Shown here: piece by piece, positions 58,701-64,000 of the stretch | How the letters are laid out: each line of letters starts with the position of its first letter | Numbering within the stretch: position 1 is the first letter of the stretch | DNA from: Bugula neritina | Lineage: Eukaryota; Animalia; Bryozoa | Length of the DNA stretch: 64,000 nucleotides | Direction: 5' to 3' | Assembly (NCBI GenBank): GCA_964035545.1 | Contig: OZ037765.1 | Coordinates: 11,418,698 to 11,482,697 of the forward strand | The notes under the pieces: model-generated | Told to the model about the DNA's origin: nothing | The model's database searches: none | What the model saw: the letters and a program-made list of their open reading frames with translations, nothing else | Position numbers and translations under genes: made by a program

Positions 58701-61700
58701 TGGCTGTCAGATGAGTTCTGTTGCTCTATATCAGCTGACTCTGTTGAAGACGTTTTCTGTTCGCTTCTTTCACATGTTTCATTAAAACCACTGTTTTTTT
58801 GTGCGTCTTACATTATATGCTTTAGTGCATTGGTAACCCAAATGAAGGGTTGGAGTTGAATTTTGCTCAGTGGGCTGACCATCCTTATGATTATGATTAT
58901 GATAATCTGCTGTGCTCTCTGTAATCTACAGCCACCATTGGTGACTGATGAAATTTAGAATTTGAAGTAAAAATGTGTTCTTTTTACCTGTGCCATTTTA
59001 CTAGAAATCTATATCTAGCTTTTATATAATATTCTTGTAATTTTTTCACCATAGCAATGAATAAATGACATTGTTTCCACACTAATATTTCATATATTTA
59101 TAGTTTATTTGAAAGCTTACGTTGTTTATTGTGGATGTTGACTGCTGCAGAAACTGACCACTATTTTCAAAATTTAAAAGGAAAACAAGTTCCTGGTGCA
59201 GAAGTGGCAGAATATGTAATACAATTTTTTTCAAATTGATGGTAAGAAATGGGGTCATTTCAGCATTCATAAGCTGCACATAATAGCTTATGTGTATATT
59301 TATATGGTGTGGACTTGCTATTACTGCGAGCTACAATATTACTAGCATGGGTGGTTGATTTAACCTCTTAGTAGTTCTCATGGCTTACATACAATAAAAT
59401 TCTAGTTGAATAGAATATTTACTATTGTAAAGTACAAGACAAATGACCAGAATATTTCATTTGTTAAACAGAAATTTTGTAATACTACTGTGGATTGGCT
59501 ACTGTACATTAGCTAGATGTAGGCGGAGTCTACACTACTTAGCCATCCAGATGCATATACTAAAGGGCCATTCAAAAACCAGCCAATCAAAGTCATGTAC
59601 CAAATTCACAGATGTTTACTGCAAGCTTCCAATGCTAAACAATAAGCCATTCAAGCTGCAACAACAAATAACTACTAAGCTGGCAGTTATGTAATAATTG
59701 GCCTTAAGTTGCAAAAGTGTACCAGGTCATTTTTCTAGACATGAAATTTTTAATTGCATTTTATAAACACTTAATTTAGACATTTTAAAAATTCATTTCA
59801 AGAGTCATCAATTTAAGATATGAAATTAAATAATGCATGAAAAAAAAGTTGCACAACTAGCTTTTAGAAGCATGCATTTTGCAATTGAACTTGCAGAATT
59901 TTATATCAGTTACAATGGTAAGACATTGACCTGGTACACTTCGCTGATTGGCTGAGTTTTACATGGTCTAATAGACTTAGTGTTACTAATAGTTATACAG
60001 AAATACTACTAAGTGAGATCTCTTTATGCTGCCCTTACCCCTCTCTTATACATGCCTGTCTGTGTAACTCCCATAATTAATGAGTAGTCTCTAGATACTG
60101 AATGTTTCATTTAGTAGGTTTTTTATAAACAATTTAACCAGTTTCACCTCAGCCTACGAAGTATTATCACAGTGTAATGGACAAGCAGACTAAATGCATT
60201 ACAGGATTTAACAGGCCTATTCTATGTTACAGAACTCTAAGGGGGATACATGCTTTAGTCAATCTTCTGCACAATGATATTCCAGAAGTTCATAGGAATG
60301 CATTAGGAGCTCTGCTCAACCTCTCCAGGGGATATGAGAATGATGATAATAAGAGAGCTATGAAGAATTGTGGAGGTTTAGAGTCACTGGCACAACTACT
60401 CGAGAGATCTCGAGATAATGATGTTAGGGAGCTTATTACTGGAATACTATGGAATATAAGTTCCTTAGGGGTATGTGACATTTTTTGTTTCCAAATTATC
60501 TAAAATTACGTGTATGCCATCTTATATCAAATTTATAGATGGGTATGAAGATTTGTTTATACTTTCACTTGAATCTTTAGTCAATGAAAGAACTTTACCA
60601 AACTGCTTTGTCTTTCAATCCCTTTCTGTGATCATTACCTGCACACAGCTAACAAGAGTAATTAATATTTTTAGCTGTAGATGTTTAATACTTGCTGCCT
60701 CTTCTAAATGACTTTTAAAATGTGTAATTCTATTAGTTACCATTCTTACTATCACTACTGTGCAATTCACTTTGACACAACACACTAATTTTTCAAGTGG
60801 CATCAAGAGGCAGTGAAGTGAGTCATATTTTGTTATTAGAGATTGATCTTCCACATCAATGTGATTTCAACTCGTTTCAGTGTAGCTAACAATAACTGAA
60901 ACCTAGCACTTTACTTTCAGAAAAGGTATAAAAGCTTGTGAGACTTTCATGACAGGACACAACTTTAATTTCAGAATCTTAGGAAATAAGTTTTTCTTGT
61001 CTTAAGTTGTCACATTCTACTATAAGTACTCGTGTGTATCAAACTGCACTTTATATACACACAGCTCATACTTGCCCAATGTTGTAATGGTTATTTGGTT
61101 GCTTTGCAGGAGTTGAAGAAAGCTGTCATCTCCTCTGTTCTAAAGACTCTGGTAAACTGCGTGATAGTGCCGGCAACTGGTGCGTCTGGCAGGTCTCCGT
61201 ATAAAGTAGATGCTGGGGACATCAGCTGGTCTACAGAGTTTAGAAACGCCACTGGTGTGCTGAGGTTTGAGTTTATCTTCTGTGGCTTTTCTTGGAGCTT
61301 TATTTCACAGTGATAAAAAGTTATTTCTATGTGTACTCTTTAAATTCTTCAACAGTGTTTAGAAATACAGTAAGGAGTTGAAACTTCTTGTAAAAAACCC
61401 TTTGACCAAGTTTTTGGGTTCTCAAGTGAGATAAAATATTAAAGATATTACTATTGGTATGTAAGCTAGGGTACCTGTAATATAAGTTTTAATTTCCATA
61501 CTGTTTACCTGTAATATTCTTAATATAGAAATGTTAGCTCTGATGGACCATATGCTAGAAAGCAGCTCAGGGAATGCCCCGGATTAATTGAGGCATTACT
61601 AAAAGTTGCTAATGCTGTCAATGGAGCTTCTGAAATGGGTGAGTTTGAAGAGTTCTTTGCAGTCGAGTCAGTTTCTTTGACGTCTGCATTTTTGTCGAAT

Positions 61701-63492
61701 TACTTTATGGCTAGCTGAAGAAAAAGCTCGAGAGTCGTTTAGTGCTAATGAAATAGTTTATTTTAAAAACAGTTTTTTTGTACTTGAAATTGTTTGGTTG
61801 AATTGTTTTTAGAAAAAGATATAATCAGGTATAGATTTTACGTAGACATCGTTGCTAGTGATGGGTATAAAAGTAGTTTGGAAGTTTGGAAAAATCACTT
61901 TGCAGTTGCACATGGTTCTATAAATTAGAGAATAAAGGGGAACTTTTTATTAGTATTTACAATTACCAATACTCACAGTGATGTATGTTTGTCAATAATT
62001 TAGATAATAAGCCTGTGGAAAATATTATCTGCACTCTTCGCAACCTCTCCTTCCGACTAATGGAGGTTGACTATCCTGATCACTACGACAAGAAATCGAC
62101 TGAACAGCGTCCCTCTGACAAGAAACCATCAGGCCAGGAGACACTGGCCCTATTAGGATGTTTTGGCAAGTCAAAGGAGCCAGTAGAAGTCAATACTGTG
62201 TATCCATGGTGAGTTATAATTATTGTACAACTATCTGAGAATATAAAATTTTTGACATATTTTTCTTCATATTACATGTAAAATTTTTAACATTCACCCA
62301 TGTTTATTAAAATGAATGAAATGGTTTAAAAAGTATTTAAAAATTAATTTTATTTGAACAGCTTTGCTAGAAGCAATGCCATTTGATTATATTCAATTCT
62401 TAACACAAGAAAATGTGTTGATTGCTAAAAATAGTATGGTGTCAAAATAGCATAATTGTGACATTCTAAATACACTCAGGTTGATTACCATTCAGTAGTG
62501 ATGCTTGGCTTTACCACAAAATATTATGTGACAATTGTCACTCGTACATGTAAAATATAGTAGCAAAATGGTGGAATCTTTGCACCGTTTATTAAAAGGG
62601 AAATTTTGATATAAAACCCATGCATTTTATGATAAAATTTACTGATTTTCTGGATTTAAAATTGCAGATTGCTTTTTGTTTCTAGCACAATTCAGCATTA
62701 AACTGTATCACTATTATAGCCGAACTCCTTTGGGCCGAGGGAAAGGGGAGCAGCTGTGGCAGAGAGAGCTGGTGCACACATATGTACCAATCATATCTGA
62801 CTGCTCCAACACTGATACTTTAGAGGCAGCTGTTGGTGCCATACAAAACTTGACGGCGTGTGAATGGCAACCTTCTAAAGATTTCAGTGAACAGGTATAT
62901 AATAGTATAATGCACTTGTGGAATGGAAACTGTTAGTTGCATTTCTGTATAAGCAGTATTCATGGTATATACGGAAATATAAATTATTAATTTTGGTCAT
63001 ATCGCAACAGTTAACTTCTAAATATCAAGTCAACCCAGCTATTAGCTTGTTGACTGTATTTTGCTAGTATTGTATTTTCCTCCTCATACTTTAGATGCGA
63101 AAGGGACGAGGCTTACCAAAGATTGTGGAGTTACTGGGCTTAGAGGAAGCAGATAATGTAGTGTGTGGAGCAGCTATAGCCTTGAGGAATTTGGCGTTAG
63201 ACAAGAGCAACAGAGTTCTAATTGGTAAACTGATGTCATTAGATATTTTCAATAACATTAATGCTAACATCATTGAAATGCGTGTACTAAAATGAGATGG
63301 CTAATACACGTGTCTCGATTGTATATTCACAGGTAAATATGCCACAGAGCATTTGGTGTCCAAGTTACCGTTGCCTGGTAGCAGGAATGCTGGTGACAGA
63401 GCCAGAGCTTCTGAAGAAACTATACGTGCAGTTTTAGCTGCGCTGTATGGTGTGCTGAAAGAAAGAGATGCAGAAAGTCTGCAGCATGCCAG
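46732..63492 (+). CDS. CTNND2: p120/delta-catenin family armadillo-repeat protein (CTNND2/PKP4-like); 3' end lies beyond the window
   Basis: Exons 46732-47058, 47591-47727, 49453-49485, 51460-51580, 51978-52171, 52586-53095, 53413-53471, 55431-55522, 55761-56020, 60233-60470, 61110-61264, 61529-61638, 62004-62208, 62720-62894, 63095-63224, 63333-63492; phases consistent. N-terminal coiled coil [28 protein letters not shown]; ARM motifs [76 protein letters not shown]. Confidence 0.93.
47786..48001 (-). mobile_element. Full-length SINE copy with 19-bp TSD
   Basis: Head (reverse complement) CTAACCCCTAGACCACGGCTGCTCCC; B-box region GGGTTCAAACCC; core CTGGATGCTCTTCCTAACATCACCAATGG; flanks TCTTCTC(A/T)ATACAGTGATA on both sides. 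Confidence 0.82.
49679..49828. mobile_element. MITE family A, copy 3
   Basis: Interior ATAACTTCTTTTGCTACATTTCTA.TCTAGAACA...GCTTTTCTCAATTTCTCCATT is nearly identical to 16332-16390. Confidence 0.7.
50714..51108 (-). mobile_element. RTE-clade LINE 3' fragment (5'-truncated)
   Basis: ORF 50800-51099 [58 protein letters not shown], then frameshifted [13 protein letters not shown]; these are typical RTE C-terminal motifs. Tail GAACAGGACAAAGCGGAGATAGGTGAGAA, with a tiny related remnant at ~43053-43081. Confidence 0.85.
55159..55267 (+). CDS. Putative alternative first coding exon of the catenin gene
   Basis: ATG 55159 opens [36 protein letters not shown] and ends at a phase-1 donor (g|gtatat) matching the phase-1 acceptor at 55431. 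The same gtatat donor is used at 62895. Confidence 0.5.
56230..59970. mobile_element. Foldback-like non-autonomous DNA transposon derived from an ISL2EU/PIF-Harbinger-type element; ~1.07 kb inverted arms
   Basis: 56230-57304 is the near-perfect reverse complement of 58895-59970 (termini TAGACCATGTAAAACTCAGCC / GGCTGAGTTTTACATGGTCTA; mirrored ORFs 56506/59443 and 56921/59082). The flanks read as an AAT TSD (element AGACC..GGTCT) or a TA TSD (element GACC..GGTC). The spacer carries transposase remnants. Confidence 0.9.
57241..58790 (-). pseudogene. Disrupted DDE_Tnp_4 (ISL2EU/Harbinger-type) transposase
   Basis: Minus-strand exon ~58790-58416 (..[20 protein letters not shown]), GT-AG intron 58415-57575, then [15 protein letters not shown]/frameshift/[31 protein letters not shown] (HTH_Tnp_4-like), joined directly to [51 protein letters not shown] (DDE_Tnp_4 C-terminus). 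Most of the DDE core is deleted. Confidence 0.8.
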
Positions 63493-64000
63493 GTAGATAT
63501 GGTGCTCTTTCTCGGTGGTTTGAAATCAACTCTGGAAATTTATAGTTAGGAAACTGCTTAGCAGGTTTCAAGTTGCTAAACAATGCTATAACCCTAGTTT
63601 ATTACTGATAAGTCATTGGTGAGAAGCATATAATATACAAGTTGCTTATCGTCAAATGTTGTGATCTTTCGCTGTAAACTAATACAATTTTCTTGTTAGT
63701 ATCTGCAATTGTCATTAGTTTTTTCTCTGAAGAATGATTAAAAAGTTATCAGCTTGCCGACTTGGTTTTTTCACTGTCTATTGTGTTATACATAGTTTCA
63801 TAGACAATAGTATTTTAATTTGTATTCTATTTCTTTTTGAATGTATATTAAGTATTTTATATGCTTTGATATATTACTAAATGTCAATCTCAACAACAAA
63901 TATTTCAAACTAGAACTATTAGTCAGTATTGGCATAGCTCCCAGGTCAGTAGGAAATACAGATCCTGTCCTATAATTGCAGTACATTAGTAAATGACTGT

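Noticed and set aside
56506-59694. Mirrored ORF pairs (83 aa and 65 aa) suggesting duplicated genes
   Set aside because: By-products of the inverted arms; no recognisable protein motifs.
56230-59970. Academ assignment for the foldback based on TAG..CTA termini
   Set aside because: With those termini the flanks (AAA / ATA) form no TSD, and the internal peptide is DDE_Tnp_4-like.

Overview
AT-rich, intron-rich eukaryotic DNA, most likely from a lophotrochozoan invertebrate (inferred from a mollusc-type troponin C). I spliced five genes by hand from GT-AG sites with consistent phases: ZDHHC6 (+, 8 exons, 403 aa), troponin C (+, 6 exons, 150 aa), BMP1/tolloid (+, 18 exons, 1073 aa, with an unusual basic tail), a second divergent EF-hand/troponin C-like gene (-, 5 exons, 156 aa) and the 5' part of a p120/delta-catenin gene (+, runs off the window). 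Repeats include a tRNA-derived SINE family with target-site duplications (TSDs), several MITE families, an RTE LINE 3' fragment and a ~1 kb pure (CA)n tract. The two most striking observations are (1) a 3.7 kb foldback element in a catenin intron, made from two inverted copies of the 3' end of an ISL2EU/PIF-Harbinger-type transposon around a broken transposase, and (2) two ~1 kb tracts of 6-bp-periodic micro-duplications, both lying upstream of the first coding exon of a gene. No database searches were possible; family calls rest on recalled motifs.
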